Of a stretch of DNA of 64,000 bases, positions 1 through 11,496 are shown in pieces (positions within the stretch are counted from its first letter, which is position 1; the number at the start of each line of letters is the position of its first letter). The translations under genes were made by a program, and so were the position numbers. The notes under the pieces were generated by a model. It ran no database searches. It had not been told where the DNA came from and worked only from the letters and a program-made list of their open reading frames with translations. The DNA comes from a bacterium. Lineage in GTDB: Bacteria > SAR324 > XYD2-FULL-50-16. The DNA lies in assembly GCA_032250835.1 (NCBI GenBank), contig JAVVEA010000003.1:153458-217457 (forward strand). Reading direction: 5' to 3'.

Positions 1-2
1 TG

Positions 3-863
3 GCCCACGGCCTCTTGTACTTCTTGCCCATCTTCTTAGTGGTGCAGATCGTCGGCGGCTTTTGGGAAGTGATCTTTGCGGCGGTGCGTGGCCACGAAGT
101 CAACGAAGGCTTTTTAGTCACCGGCATGCTCTTCCCCTTGACCTTACCGGCAACCATCCCTTTGTGGCAGGTCGCTTTAGGCATCAGCTTTGGTGTGGTG
201 GTCGGTAAAGAGATCTTTGGCGGTACGGGCAAAAACTTCTTGAACCCGGCCTTGACCGGTCGGGCTTTCCTCTTCTTCGCCTACCCGGCGCAGATTTCTG
301 GCGATGCCGTTTGGACTGCGGTAGACGGGTTCACCGGTGCGACGCCGCTGGGCTTGGCCGCAGTAGAGGGATTCCAGGGCATGGTGGCCCAATTCTCTTG
401 GACCGCTGCCTTCTTGGGTACCATCCCCGGCAGCATGGGCGAGACTTCGGCCTTGGCCTGTCTCTTTGGGGCCTTGGTCTTGTTGATGACCGGCGTCGGC
501 AGCTGGCGCATCATGCTTTCGGTTTTAGTGGGGACGCTGGTTACCTCGACCTTACTGTACGCCATCGGCAGCAGCACCAACCCCATGTTCAGCATCCCCC
601 CGGCTTGGCACTTGGTTTTAGGCGGTTACGCCTTCGGCTTGGTCTTTATGGCCACCGACCCGGTCTCGGCGGCCATGACGTTCCGTGGGCAATGGGCTTA
701 TGGTCTACTGATCGGTTTTATGGTGGTGTTGATCCGGGTGGTCAACCCCGCCTTCCCTGAAGGGATGATGTTGGCCATCTTGTTTGGCAACACCTGCGCC
801 CCGGTGATCGATCACTATGTTTTAAAAGCGAACATCAAGCGGAGGAAGTTGCGCCATGTCTAA
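3..863 (+). CDS. nqrB: Na(+)-translocating NADH:quinone reductase subunit B (5'-truncated by window edge)
   Basis: [19 protein letters not shown]-attachment motif [16 protein letters not shown]; first of nqrBCDEF order. Confidence 0.96.
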   Translation, partial: AHGLLYFLPIFLVVQIVGGFWEVIFAAVRGHEVNEGFLVTGMLFPLTLPATIPLWQVALGISFGVVVGKEIFGGTGKNFLNPALTGRAFLFFAYPAQISGDAVWTAVDGFTGATPLGLAAVEGFQGMVAQFSWTAAFLGTIPGSMGETSALACLFGALVLLMTGVGSWRIMLSVLVGTLVTSTLLYAIGSSTNPMFSIPPAWHLVLGGYAFGLVFMATDPVSAAMTFRGQWAYGLLIGFMVVLIRVVNPAFPEGMMLAILFGNTCAPVIDHYVLKANIKRRKLRHV

Positions 864-1623
864 CGACTCCATCAAAAAGACCCTGGGCGTTGCCTTTGCG
901 GTCTGTATTGTCTGCTCGGTGATGGTTTCTGCGGCGGCGGTAGCTCTGCGCCCGCTCCAAGAGGCCAACAAGGCCCGAGAGACCAAGAAAAATATCCTCC
1001 AGGCGGCGGGCATCTATGAGCCGGGCATGAACATTGAGGAAGGCTTTAAGGTCGTAGAGCCTCGGCTGGTTGATTTAGCCACCGGTAACTTTGTCGAAGG
1101 CGACCCAGTGGCTTACGACACCAAGAAGGAGTCCAAAGACCCCAAAAAGGCCATACATTTAGACGCCGATCAAGATATTGCCAAGATCCGCCAGATTGCC
1201 CCTAAACAGGTGGTCTATCTGCTCAAAAAAGACGGCCAGTTGCAGACCCTAATCCTGCCGGTTTACGGTAAGGGGCTCTGGTCGACCATGTATGCCTTTG
1301 TGGCCTTAAGTGGCGACGCCAACACCGTCAAAGGCCTGTCCTTTTACGAGCATGGTGAAACCCCCGGCTTGGGTGGTGAGGTGGACAATCCCCTCTGGAA
1401 GGCCCAATGGCCCGGAAAGAAGTTATTTGATAAGCAAGGCCATCTGAAGATCCAATTGGTCAAAGGCGGCGTCGATCCCAGCAAGCCTGGAGTCCAACAC
1501 AAAGTGGACGGTTTAAGTGGAGCGACGTTGACCGCGCGCGGCGTGGAAGACCTGATCCGCTTCTGGATGGGTAAAGAGGGCTACGGTCCCCTGCTGGAAC
1601 AAATCCGCAAACAAGGAGCCTGA
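856..1623 (+). CDS. nqrC: Na(+)-NQR subunit C
   Basis: [18 protein letters not shown] motif DGLSGATLT. Confidence 0.96.
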   Translation: MSNDSIKKTLGVAFAVCIVCSVMVSAAAVALRPLQEANKARETKKNILQAAGIYEPGMNIEEGFKVVEPRLVDLATGNFVEGDPVAYDTKKESKDPKKAIHLDADQDIAKIRQIAPKQVVYLLKKDGQLQTLILPVYGKGLWSTMYAFVALSGDANTVKGLSFYEHGETPGLGGEVDNPLWKAQWPGKKLFDKQGHLKIQLVKGGVDPSKPGVQHKVDGLSGATLTARGVEDLIRFWMGKEGYGPLLEQIRKQGA

Positions 1624-1625
1624 TC

Positions 1626-2252
1626 ATGTCGCAAATGCGTGCAAAAGACGTGTTGTTGAAGCCGATCTTCGACAACAACCCCATTATGCTACAGGTGCTG
1701 GGCATTTGTTCGGCCCTGGCGGTCACCAGCAAGTTAGAGACGGTCATCGCCATGAGCGCGGCCATGTTGTTTGTGACCACCTTTTCGAACATCGGCGTCA
1801 GCTCAATCCGCAACTACATCCCCAGCTCGATCCGGATTATCGTCCAGATGGCGATCATCGCTTCGCTGGTGATCGTGGTGGATCAGGTGCTTAAAGCATA
1901 TGCTTTCTCGATCAGCAAGCAGCTTTCGGTTTTCGTGGGTTTGATCATCACCAACTGTATCGTGATGGGCCGTGCCGAAGCCTTTGCCATGAGCAACCCG
2001 GTGGGCTTGAGTGCCTTAGACGGAATCGGCAACGCCCTGGGCTACAGCCTCTTGTTGGTGGTGGTAGGTACCATCCGCGAATTGTTTGGCTCCGGTAAAT
2101 TACTGGGCTACAACATTTTGACCCCGATCACTGAGGGGGGGTGGTACCAAGGCAATGGCCTGCTGCTGTTGCCGCCTTCGGCTTTCTTCATCATCGGTTT
2201 CCTGATCTGGGGCTTACGCACCTGGAAGAAGGATCAGGTAGAGCAAGACTAA
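1626..2252 (+). CDS. nqrD: Na(+)-NQR subunit D
   Basis: [35 protein letters not shown]. Confidence 0.96.
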   Translation: MSQMRAKDVLLKPIFDNNPIMLQVLGICSALAVTSKLETVIAMSAAMLFVTTFSNIGVSSIRNYIPSSIRIIVQMAIIASLVIVVDQVLKAYAFSISKQLSVFVGLIITNCIVMGRAEAFAMSNPVGLSALDGIGNALGYSLLLVVVGTIRELFGSGKLLGYNILTPITEGGWYQGNGLLLLPPSAFFIIGFLIWGLRTWKKDQVEQD

Positions 2253-2272
2253 CTTAAGGAAGGACGAAATCC

Positions 2273-2881
2273 ATGGAAGCTTATCTGAGCCTTCTGATCA
2301 AAGCGATTTTTATCGAAAACATGGCCCTGGCGTTTTTCCTGGGCATGTGTACCTTCTTGGCCGTGTCCAAGAAGGTGGAGACCTCTGCGGGTCTCGGCCT
2401 GTCGGTGATTGCGGTGCAAACCATCACCGTTCCGGTCAACAACCTGCTTTATACCTACATCCTCAAGGAGGGTGCCCTGAGTTGGGCTGGACTACCCAAC
2501 GTGGACTTGAGCTTTTTGGGTTTTATCTCTTACATCGGCGTGATTGCAGCGATTGTCCAGATCTTGGAAATGACCCTAGACCGTTATTTCCCCTCGCTTT
2601 ATAACGCCTTGGGCATTTTCTTGCCGTTGATCACCGTAAACTGCGCGATCATGGCGGGTTCTTTGTTCATGGTTGAGCGGGACTATACCTTTAGTGAGTC
2701 GGTGGTTTACGGTGTCGGTTCTGGTGCCGGTTGGGCCTTGGCTATTGTCTTATTGGCCGGGATACGAGAGAAACTTAAATATTCGGATGTGCCCCATGGT
2801 CTGCGGGGTTTGGGGATTACCTTTATCGTTGCGGGACTGATGGCTATGGCCTTTATGTCCTTCTCGGGGATTCAGCTTTAA
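2273..2881 (+). CDS. nqrE: Na(+)-NQR subunit E
   Basis: [42 protein letters not shown]. Confidence 0.96.
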   Translation: MEAYLSLLIKAIFIENMALAFFLGMCTFLAVSKKVETSAGLGLSVIAVQTITVPVNNLLYTYILKEGALSWAGLPNVDLSFLGFISYIGVIAAIVQILEMTLDRYFPSLYNALGIFLPLITVNCAIMAGSLFMVERDYTFSESVVYGVGSGAGWALAIVLLAGIREKLKYSDVPHGLRGLGITFIVAGLMAMAFMSFSGIQL

Positions 2882-2931
2882 GTCTTTAAACAAAAAACGG
2901 GGTCCTCGGGCCCCCTACATTGATTAGCATT

Positions 2932-4155
2932 ATGGAACTGATCGCTCTTGGCGTCGTGATGTTTACGGCAGTCGTGCTCACCCTGGTTGGGGTGATCCTG
3001 CTGGCCAAGTCAAAACTGGTGCCCAGCGGCAACGTACAGATTGAGGTCAACGGCCCCGATCACGTGGTTACCGTCTCGCCGGGACAAAAGCTCTTAGGGG
3101 CCCTTTCGGGCGAAAAGATTTTCCTCTCCTCGGCCTGTGGCGGTGGCGGGACCTGCGGGCAGTGCCGCTGTAAGGTCCTTGAAGGCGGCGGAGACATCTT
3201 GGCGACCGAATTGTCGCTGATCAGCAAGCGCGAAGCCCGCGAGGGCGAGCGTCTGGCTTGTCAGGTGGCGGTCAAGCGGGACATGAAGATTGAGATTCCC
3301 GAAGAGATGTTGGGGGTCAAAAAGTGGACCTGTAAGGTCAAGAGCAACCACAACGTAGCGACCTTCATCAAGGAATTGGTGCTTGAGCTACCTGAAGGCG
3401 AGAACGTGGACTTCCGTGCTGGTGGCTATATCCAGATCGAATGCCCGGCTTTCGAGATCAGCTTTAAGGATTTTGACGTAGAAGAAGAATACCGACCCGA
3501 TTGGGACACCTTTAAATTATGGGACTTAAAGACCGTCAACCACGAAGAGTGCATCCGTGCCTACTCGATGGCCAGTTATCCTTTGGAAAAAGGCATCATC
3601 ATGCTCAACGTGCGCATCGCCACCCCGCCGCCGCGCACCCAAGGGATCAACCCAGGCATCATGTCTTCGTACATCTTCAACCTCAAGCCCGGCGATGACG
3701 TGATTATTTCGGGTCCCTACGGCGAATTCTTCGCTAAAGAGACAGACGCCGAGATGATCTTTGTCGGCGGTGGTGCCGGTATGGCCCCGATGCGTAGCCA
3801 CATCTTCGATCAACTGCGCCGCTTGCACTCTAAACGTAAGATGAGCTTTTGGTATGGTGCCCGCTCAAAGCGCGAGATGTTCTACATCGAGGACTTCGAC
3901 GAACTGGCCGCCGAAAACGAGAACTTTACCTGGCACGTAGGCCTCTCGGACCCCCAGCCTGAAGACAATTGGGAAGGCCCCACCGGCTTTATCCACAACG
4001 TACTCTACGAGAATTACCTCAAGGACCACCCGGCCCCTGAAGACTGCGAATATTACATGTGCGGTCCCCCGATGATGAACAAGGCGGTGATCGACCTGCT
4101 GCACAGCCTCGGGGTGGAAGACGACAACATCCTTCTGGACGATTTCGGTGGCTGA
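2932..4155 (+). CDS. nqrF: Na(+)-NQR subunit F
   Basis: 2Fe-2S motif [31 protein letters not shown]-terminal LDDFGG; ATG 2932 preferred over TTG 2920. Confidence 0.96.
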   Translation: MELIALGVVMFTAVVLTLVGVILLAKSKLVPSGNVQIEVNGPDHVVTVSPGQKLLGALSGEKIFLSSACGGGGTCGQCRCKVLEGGGDILATELSLISKREAREGERLACQVAVKRDMKIEIPEEMLGVKKWTCKVKSNHNVATFIKELVLELPEGENVDFRAGGYIQIECPAFEISFKDFDVEEEYRPDWDTFKLWDLKTVNHEECIRAYSMASYPLEKGIIMLNVRIATPPPRTQGINPGIMSSYIFNLKPGDDVIISGPYGEFFAKETDAEMIFVGGGAGMAPMRSHIFDQLRRLHSKRKMSFWYGARSKREMFYIEDFDELAAENENFTWHVGLSDPQPEDNWEGPTGFIHNVLYENYLKDHPAPEDCEYYMCGPPMMNKAVIDLLHSLGVEDDNILLDDFGG

Positions 4156-5188
4156 TTGGCTGAACAGGGCCCCCTTGAGGGGCCTTTTTCTTTTCTGGGC
4201 TTTGGTTCTGTTGGCCGCCTGCGACAAACAGCCGCCTCAGGTGACGCTTTCCGGCCAGACCATGGGCACCGGATACAAAGTGACCTACCGCACCACCGAA
4301 GAGGGCCCCAAACAAGAAGAGGTCCGGCGGTTGGTGGTCATGATGCTCGAAAGCATCGAAGACAAAATGTCCACCTACCGAAAGACCTCGGAGCTTTCCC
4401 GTTTCAACGGGGCGGGCACCGAACCCTTTGACCTGAGCCCCGAAACCTTGCGGGTGATGCGTGAAGCTAAGCTGATCGGTGAGCGTTCCGGCGGGGCTTT
4501 GGATGTGACCGTGGGGCCTTTGGTGGACCTATGGGGCTTCGGGCCTAGCGAACGTCAGGGCGTCCCTAGCGACGAAGCCATCGCCGAGGCCCGGTCGCAC
4601 GTGGGTTTAGACAAACTTACCCTCGACCCCAAGGCCTTACAGGCAAAAAAGACCGACCCCGCCTTGCAGGTCGATCTCTCGGCCATCGCCAAGGGCTATG
4701 CAGTAGATCAGGTGTCTGAATTATTAGGGTTCTTGGAGCTGCACGACCACTTAGTGGATATTGGTGGCGAGCTACGCGCCAACGGGACCAAGGCCGATGG
4801 GCAGTCCTGGCGGATCGGCATCGAGCAGCCCGACGCGCCGCCCGGTGAAGTGGCCCAGGTGTTGGAGCTACGCAACCACTCCATGGCCACCAGCGGGGAC
4901 TACCGCAACTATTTTGAGGCGGACGGTAAGCGCTACGCCCACGGGATCGACCCCCAAACGGGCCGACCGGCAGAAAACCACCTAGCCAGCGTTAGTGTGA
5001 TCCATCCCTCTTGCATGACCGCCGACGGCTGGGCCACGGCCTTGATGGTTTTGGGTGAAGACCGGGGAGCCAAGTTGGCCGAACGTTTGGGGCTGATGGC
5101 GCACTTTATCTACCGCGAGGGCGACGGATTTAAAGTCAAGGACTCCACCGCCTTCACCACCTTTTTAGAACAACAGAAGACCCCCTAG
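4148..5188 (+). CDS. apbE: FAD:protein FMN transferase lipoprotein
   Basis: lipobox [28 protein letters not shown]; follows nqrF. Confidence 0.93.
   Translation: MADWLNRAPLRGLFLFWALVLLAACDKQPPQVTLSGQTMGTGYKVTYRTTEEGPKQEEVRRLVVMMLESIEDKMSTYRKTSELSRFNGAGTEPFDLSPETLRVMREAKLIGERSGGALDVTVGPLVDLWGFGPSERQGVPSDEAIAEARSHVGLDKLTLDPKALQAKKTDPALQVDLSAIAKGYAVDQVSELLGFLELHDHLVDIGGELRANGTKADGQSWRIGIEQPDAPPGEVAQVLELRNHSMATSGDYRNYFEADGKRYAHGIDPQTGRPAENHLASVSVIHPSCMTADGWATALMVLGEDRGAKLAERLGLMAHFIYREGDGFKVKDSTAFTTFLEQQKTP
4166..4194 (+). terminator. Intrinsic-terminator-like hairpin after nqrF, inside apbE 5' end
   Basis: GGCCCC-CTTGA-GGGGCC followed by TTTTTCTTTT. Confidence 0.55.
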
Positions 5189-5251
5189 TGCCCGGTATTA
5201 CGGTGCATTCTACAGGCAAGGTATAGGCTAAAAGGACATAGGAGGTTTTGT

Positions 5252-5488
5252 ATGGAACAGTTGATCGCCTCGTTGATCGCTTTCGGGTTGGCCATGACCG
5301 GCCTTTCCTTGGGCGTGATCTTTATGGGCAAAGGCTTAAAGGGGAGTTGCGGCGGTGCGGCCAAGGAGTGCGGCGTTGATGAAGAGAGGATTCCCTCTTG
5401 TGACTTCTGCGAAAGCCCCGAAGAAGAAAAGGCCCGTTGCGCACGCCGCAAACAGCGCCGTGTTAAGCAAACGGCCCAGGCGCTCTAG
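5252..5488 (+). CDS. nqrM: Na(+)-NQR maturation factor NqrM (DUF539)
   Basis: N-terminal TM, LKGSCGG plus further Cys; RBS AGGAGG; downstream of apbE. Confidence 0.85.
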   Translation: MEQLIASLIAFGLAMTGLSLGVIFMGKGLKGSCGGAAKECGVDEERIPSCDFCESPEEEKARCARRKQRRVKQTAQAL

Positions 5489-6066
5489 CGTTTTAGCCAG
5501 CCGAACATCTTTTCCCATAGCCCGCCAGACAAGGCGTCGGCTTGGGTCGAGAGCAGCCGCTTTTCGTTGCCGTCAACGGCCACCCAGGCCGATTGCAGCT
5601 TTAAAGTATGGGGCGACTCGGGCAGACCCATTTCGCTGCGGTTGAGCGTTACCTGCCGCACCAAATTGCGGAAATCGATTTCTTGCATCACGCCTCCTTG
5701 CGTATCCGGCGGTTGCACACAGGCGAATTCAATGGCCTTGAGCAATTCTGCCGGTTCTTCTCCTAAATCCAATTGACCAAAGGTCCCCTTGATCTGCTGG
5801 GTCAGGTCGCTGGCCTCTAAGTCCCCGCTGAGCAGTACTAGGGGGATTTCCTGGCGCAGGTTCAGTAGCTGGATCAAGTCTTGGGCTAAGTCGCGGTCAT
5901 AACCTTCAAAGCACCAAACCACCGCATCAAAGTGGGCTTCTTCTAAAAGGGACTTGACCTTAAGCCGTCCACGGGCTTCTTTAGTAGAGAAGCCGTAGTC
6001 GTGCATATGCTCAAGTAGGTCCTCTGGGAAGTCCAGGGCAGAGATCAATAAGAGGTTCAGATTCAT
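5485..6066 (-). CDS. Hypothetical protein, degenerate receiver-like N-terminal domain
   Basis: 193-aa ORF with REC-like pattern (FDAVVW...IPLVLLSG) but lacking canonical acidic/Lys residues. Confidence 0.55.
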   Translation of the reverse strand: MNLNLLLISALDFPEDLLEHMHDYGFSTKEARGRLKVKSLLEEAHFDAVVWCFEGYDRDLAQDLIQLLNLRQEIPLVLLSGDLEASDLTQQIKGTFGQLDLGEEPAELLKAIEFACVQPPDTQGGVMQEIDFRNLVRQVTLNRSEMGLPESPHTLKLQSAWVAVDGNEKRLLSTQADALSGGLWEKMFGWLKR

Positions 6067-6218
6067 GGGAAAACTCGACTGTTATAGGCTGTTTTCCAGG
6101 TTTATCAGAAGCGGTGTCAGCTTGTAAACGCAAGCCTTCTCCTTTGATCTCGCGCAGTGGCTAAGCCCGCAATAGATGAAGGTCGCTAACATAATTATAA
6201 AGCAATAAAGCAAGATCC

Positions 6219-7163
6219 ATGCAACAGTTTAAATATGTGCGCCACCAGCAACCACCCGAACGGTTGGTTGATTTTTTGTGCCGACGCTTTCCCTACCAAG
6301 ACCGGGCGGGCTGGGTGGCGGCGGTCGAGAAGGGGGCCATCAGCATCGACGGGGAGCTCAGTTCACCGGACCTAATTTTAGAGACCGGCATGGTGGTCGG
6401 CTACGAGCGCCCCCGCGAGTCCGAACCGGCGGTGGATAAGACCTACCGGATTTTGTACCAAGACCAGGCCATTATAGCTGTCGAAAAGAGCGGCAACCTA
6501 CCCATTGCCGAGTCGGGCCGCTACTACCGCAATGTGTTGATCGAAATCTTAAAGGAAACCTTGGGGCTAGAGGTCTTGCATCAAGTCCACCGGCTCGACC
6601 GGGAGACTTCGGGCGTTTTGGTGGTCGCCAAAAGCCCCGAGGTCGCCACGCTCTTAGGCGAGCAGTTCTTTAAAGGCATCCCCCAAAAGCGCTACCAAAC
6701 CGTCTTGGTCGGTGAAATGCCCTTAGAAGAGGTCTTGGTCGAACAGCCCATCAAGAAGGTCAAGCCCCAGGGACCGGGGACCGTGCGCATCCGCCAAGTG
6801 GTGGACCCCGAGGGCAAGACCGCCAAGACCCTCTTCCGCCCGATCAAGGCGGCAGGCGGCTTAACGCTCGCCGAGGTAGAACTCTTCACGGGCCGCACCC
6901 ACCAAATCCGCGTGCACGCCGAATACCTAGGCTTCCCGGTCCTAGGAGACAAACTCTACGGCCAGACGGATGAGCAGTTCTTAAAATGGTTTAAAGGCGA
7001 GGAACAGCCAAATTTCGGCGAATTCGGCCCCATAGACCGCCAACTCCTGCACGCCAGCCGCCTAGAACTAAACCACCCCCTCACCGGCGACTGGCTAACC
7101 TTCGAGTCCGACCCCGCTCCTTTCTTTGGGGCTTATCCTTGTTGTAAGGGGTTGGTGGGGTGA
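6219..7163 (+). CDS. RluA-family pseudouridine synthase
   Basis: VHRLDRETSG catalytic motif, TGRTHQIRVH, LGDKLYG. Confidence 0.93.
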   Translation: MQQFKYVRHQQPPERLVDFLCRRFPYQDRAGWVAAVEKGAISIDGELSSPDLILETGMVVGYERPRESEPAVDKTYRILYQDQAIIAVEKSGNLPIAESGRYYRNVLIEILKETLGLEVLHQVHRLDRETSGVLVVAKSPEVATLLGEQFFKGIPQKRYQTVLVGEMPLEEVLVEQPIKKVKPQGPGTVRIRQVVDPEGKTAKTLFRPIKAAGGLTLAEVELFTGRTHQIRVHAEYLGFPVLGDKLYGQTDEQFLKWFKGEEQPNFGEFGPIDRQLLHASRLELNHPLTGDWLTFESDPAPFFGAYPCCKGLVG

Positions 7164-7399
7164 GGGCTTGTTTCAGTTTGGGGGCTCTTGCGTTGAGCAG
7201 TCTGGGGGGGGAATCTCAAACCTAGCCCTGATGGGAAAGGCCCCGAACCCAAGCGAAAGTAAGCGTTTTTGAGCCTGCAAAAGTTTGCTGAAGCCTCCCC
7301 TATCCCGGCCCTATGCTCCAAGTAGTAATAAAAATATGGTTACTGCCTCTGGATTCTAAAATCCCTCCTTTCTAGGTTCTGGGGGGGAAGAAAGTCCGT

Positions 7400-7680
7400 G
7401 GAATGAAAAAGAGGTGGGATTACTTTCTTTGGCAGGCAAAGAAAGTAATCCCACCTCTTTATTCCTGCTGAAGGCTTTGGGCTCCTTAGAATTTGGAAAG
7501 GAAGAGTTTGAAGCTTTCACTTCAGAGCCGGGGAGATTGCCGGTCAAGGGGCGCACTGTGGGATACACGCCCTCAAGCATCGCTTCGCTCGCTTATCGGG
7601 GTGGAATCCCGGCGCGGTTTGAGGTTTCTAGTTTTGGGGGCTCGCCAGCTGCTTGCTGGCTGGAAGCTCCGGGCGCTTAA
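7400..7680. repeat. Structured intergenic repeat element, copy A
   Basis: 24-bp perfect inverted repeat 7408-7431/7437-7460; 7566-7672 nearly identical to 11988-12092. Confidence 0.85.
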
Positions 7681-7859
7681 GGGGCTTGGATATGCGTGCA
7701 AGCGGTCCCTGACGCCATCAAGTCTTCGCTCAAGCAGGCGCTCCAGCTCAAGGCGGCGTGGGTTTTGATCGGAAAAACAAGGTTACGGTCACCGGGTTTC
7801 TGGTATCATCTGCGCGAATACCGGTTAGCTATGATTTTTTTGGATGGTCTGGGATTTTT

Positions 7860-8495
7860 TTATTCCAGTGGGGTAATGCCATGTTTGATCGAGTAGCGCG
7901 TCAAGTCGGCCAAGTTTTTGGCACCCAGTTTCTTCATTAAATTATTGCGGTGGACTTCTACCGTCCGGTCCGAAATGCCCATTTGGAAGGCAATTTCCTT
8001 GGTTGATACGCCCAGGGCCAAAGAACGCAATACATCGCGCTCTTTGGGCGACAGGACTGCTTTGCGGGGTTGGTCGTCAAAAAGCAACTCGGGTAAGACT
8101 AGGTCTATAATCCCTTCTGTAACGGCAAAGCTACCTTGTTGGACCCTATTTATAGCCCATTCCAGTTCTACTGATGTGCAGGTCTTCCATAAAAACCCCC
8201 TGGCTCCCGCTCTGAGCATCGCCACTATACGCGGAACGTCTTCTACCATCGACAAACCTAGGACCTTCAACCCGAGGCCTAGGCTCAGAAGTTCTCGTGT
8301 GGTCTTCACACCGTCCCAGTCGGGCATACTCAAATCAAGCAAGACCACATCTGGTTTCAGTTTTTGGGCCCAATCTAAAGCGGCGCTCCCCGAAGAGGCT
8401 TGGCCGACCACGTCAATGGTTTCAAGCTTGTCTGTGATTAAACTCAGACCTTCTAGTATGATATTTTGATCGTCGACAAGTAAAACCCGAATCAT
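7860..8495 (-). CDS. NarL/FixJ-family response regulator (REC + LuxR HTH)
   Basis: VLLVDDQ, DVVLLDLSMP, LSPKERDVL...TVEVHRNNLMKKL. Confidence 0.93.
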   Translation of the reverse strand: MIRVLLVDDQNIILEGLSLITDKLETIDVVGQASSGSAALDWAQKLKPDVVLLDLSMPDWDGVKTTRELLSLGLGLKVLGLSMVEDVPRIVAMLRAGARGFLWKTCTSVELEWAINRVQQGSFAVTEGIIDLVLPELLFDDQPRKAVLSPKERDVLRSLALGVSTKEIAFQMGISDRTVEVHRNNLMKKLGAKNLADLTRYSIKHGITPLE

Positions 8496-8798
8496 TGCGT
8501 GACCTTTGCAGAAGTTTCATTCCAGCAATCCTCGGTAGCTTAACATTCAGGAGAGAAGCCAGCAACCGGGTGTTCGCACCAGATCCACCGTTTCCATCAG
8601 AAAAATAAATGATTCAACCAGCTGTGAATTCATTGTCCTTGTTTTTGTCTGACCCAGGTTACGCGGTCTGATGGATCCGAAGACGGTTGATCCCTAATTT
8701 GGACTAAGGAAAAGCGCAAATAGTTCTTTGTAGTTTTGCGAATTGATTTGATCCGATTCGATCCTCTACCATGAGAACAGACAAGCCAAAAGAGGGAT

Positions 8799-10106
8799 AT
8801 GAACGAACCAAAGCTATCAGTCAGTGTCATGAATAATGTTTACACAGTGAAAGAAAGGCGTGCTCAAGGAATATGGGGAGACGGTCTTTTTGCGCGTGTA
8901 TTTGATTATATAGGTGAAGGAGTGGTGGTGTTGGAAGCGGGTTTGATCTTAGATGTTAATTTAGGTGCAGCCAAGTGCCTTAATCTGAGCAAGACCGCTT
9001 TGATCGGCCAGCGAATTTCCAGATTCTTGGCCCCAGAAAGCCGTAAGGAATTTGAGGCCTCAATGGTCCTGGCAGCGGACCCTCCATTAAAAGATGATGT
9101 AGAATGCGGGGTGTTTCGAATGCGCAATGCCCAAGGGCTACCCTTGATCGTCGAGGGCAGCCTGACTGGCGATGCTCACTCAGGCCGGATTGTCTACTTT
9201 TTCCGAGATGTCACCGAATACCAACGAGCGGAGATTGAACGCGAGAAGTATTTGGCCCAGCTGCTTCAAGCGAAAGGTAAAGCGGAAGCTGCCGTCCAAC
9301 TCAAGGAACAGTGGATTTCTAATGTAACCCACGAATTCCGCACCCCCTTGCATGCGATCTTGAGTTTTGCCGGTAAAGGTGTTGAGAAAGCACACAAGAT
9401 CACACCCGATCGTCTTCACGCATACTTTGAACAAATTCGGTGCAGCGGCACGCGTCTCTTGGAGTTGGTTAACGAATTACTCAACCTCTCTAAAATGCGC
9501 GAAGGCAAATTTGTTTACGTAAAACGACCGGTTGATCTTGCTAGTCTATTCAAGAGTGTGGCCCAGGAGTTTGAGGCGCTTCTTTTAGCCCAGCGAGTTG
9601 AGTTAGTTGTAGATGCGCCAGAGGGGCTTGCCCGGCCTTTATTGGACCAAAAAATGGTCCGTAGAGTTTTGGTCAATTTGGTGGCTAATGCGCTGCGTTT
9701 TAGCCCTCTGGGAGGTAAGATAGAAATGGGCTTGGAATGGGACCCAGATCAAAAGGGCTTTTTGCGTGTGTATGTGTCTGATTGCGGGCCTGGTCTTCCG
9801 CCAGATGAGTTGGAGGCGATCTTCGAAGCTTTTACGCAATCTAGCCTAACGCAAAATAGGCAAGGGGGCACAGGGCTTGGCCTAGCTATATCGAGGGAGA
9901 TCATCGCCGAACATGGCGGCCGGATTTGGGCTCAAAACAGTCCAACCGGCGGTGCTTGTTTTTTCCTGTCCTTGCCGGTTTCACCACCGCTTGGTGAGCT
10001 TTTGCTCGCGAAAGGGGTGATCACCGATGAGCATCTGGCCCAGGCGTTAAGCGAGCAAAAGAATTTTAATCAACACCAGATAGCCGGCCAAAAGGAGGAA
10101 TCGTGA
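8799..10106 (+). CDS. PAS-domain sensor histidine kinase
   Basis: H-box THEFRTPL, N-box NLVANALRF, DCGPG, GTGLGL. Confidence 0.92.
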   Translation: MNEPKLSVSVMNNVYTVKERRAQGIWGDGLFARVFDYIGEGVVVLEAGLILDVNLGAAKCLNLSKTALIGQRISRFLAPESRKEFEASMVLAADPPLKDDVECGVFRMRNAQGLPLIVEGSLTGDAHSGRIVYFFRDVTEYQRAEIEREKYLAQLLQAKGKAEAAVQLKEQWISNVTHEFRTPLHAILSFAGKGVEKAHKITPDRLHAYFEQIRCSGTRLLELVNELLNLSKMREGKFVYVKRPVDLASLFKSVAQEFEALLLAQRVELVVDAPEGLARPLLDQKMVRRVLVNLVANALRFSPLGGKIEMGLEWDPDQKGFLRVYVSDCGPGLPPDELEAIFEAFTQSSLTQNRQGGTGLGLAISREIIAEHGGRIWAQNSPTGGACFFLSLPVSPPLGELLLAKGVITDEHLAQALSEQKNFNQHQIAGQKEES

Positions 10107-11336
10107 GCACAGCATTACCAGATTTCAAAGGAAAACTCATCTTGGTGGTTGATGATGAACCGGCCAATCGAGCGGCCATTGCCGATGCTTTGATAGACGA
10201 AGGTTACCGATACCTAGAGTGCGAAAATGGTCAAATCGCATGGGATTTTTTGCAACATGATTCGGATCAAGTCGGCCTGTTGTTGCTTGATTGGATGATG
10301 CCCGTGATGGATGGGCCTAGTTTGCTGGCGAAGATAAAAGCCGATCACAGACTCAAGGATATCCCGGTGATCCTGCAAACAGCCAGAGTTGAGGCGGAGT
10401 CACAAGTAGAAGGATTGGACCTTGGAGCCTGCCACTATTTGCCTAAACCTTACGACGATTCGGTGTTGCTAGGTATGATTCGAGCCGCAATCCGCACCGA
10501 AGAGCGGGTCAATCTGGTGCGGGCTGAACAGGAATCAGAACTTAAAGATATCCGTGATTTCGCCCGCAATTTGATCACTAAGGAACGAGCGCAAGCTCAA
10601 TTTGGACATATGTCCAGCCAGGCTTTAAGTCGTTTTTTCCCTGAGAGTTTACTTTGCCAAACTCCAGATGAATTGGTTGACCTAGTGCTTGGTTGCTTGG
10701 GGGCACTGGAGTTTGAGACAGCAGCCCAAAGTGGCAGTGGCCAGGGGCCATCGAACTTGCGGGTCAGCCTTTTGCTAAAAGGGGAAACAGATATCCACCG
10801 TAGTGATCGCGGTGCGGCTAGCAAAACGGACCAACTGAATATTAGAGCGGGTCATACATTCTCAACAAGGAGCGGAGCGAGGCACTTATACGGCATTCGC
10901 TACCGCCAAAGGGAGGCTGGCAGTGCTGGTCCGCAACACGCCCAGCGATCCCCATGAACGTGCGACTGCCATTGGGGTGGCCAGTCTTTTGGCAGATCAG
11001 GCTGAAACCTTGTTGTTGCATTGGGATACCCAGTTGCACCAGAGGGTCAGTAAAATACATTTTAAACAATTTCTCGTTTATGCCCAACAACTACTTATCG
11101 AGCAAACTAACCACATTGACCGCTTTGCCCATGAATTAGAGCAGCTTTGGAGCGAATTGGAAAATCAAGCCTCTAAGGAGGCGTGGGGCCAAAATATAAC
11201 GGATTTTACCACCTTGGCCCAGCGGCGTAGCGCTCAACTGTTGCAGGAGCTGTCACCAGGAAATGAAGCTTGTCAGGAAAAATTGGCTCACTTGACGCAA
11301 CTGGTTGAATCAATACCACTCCCTGAAGGTGAATGA
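10103..11336 (+). pseudogene. Response regulator interrupted by a +1 frameshift near 10838 (or sequencing error)
   Basis: REC domain (LVVDDE, LLDWMMP, KP); the frame of ORF 10923-11336 opens right after TGA 10836-10838 and continues protein-like text. Confidence 0.65.
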
Positions 11337-11496
11337 CCGTCTTTCTGGCCGCTTTTTCCCAAAGCATAAAAATTGGAGAGGTAACCCTTCTCTTTTTCCG
11401 GCGATTTATTGGGTGCTTTCCAATGGCGCTGTTGTATCTATTTACATCAGCTGCATTAGGTTATCCGGCGTCTTGTTTGGCAACTTTCTAGCTTAA

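Noticed and set aside
7387-7400. RNase P RNA-like GAAAGTCCG
   Set aside because: No matching 3' P4 element or other conserved regions; lies in the repeat arm.
7356-7940. Short ORFs in repeat regions (also 11496-12482)
   Set aside because: They arise from palindromic/repeat DNA, lack RBS and have no protein-like motifs.
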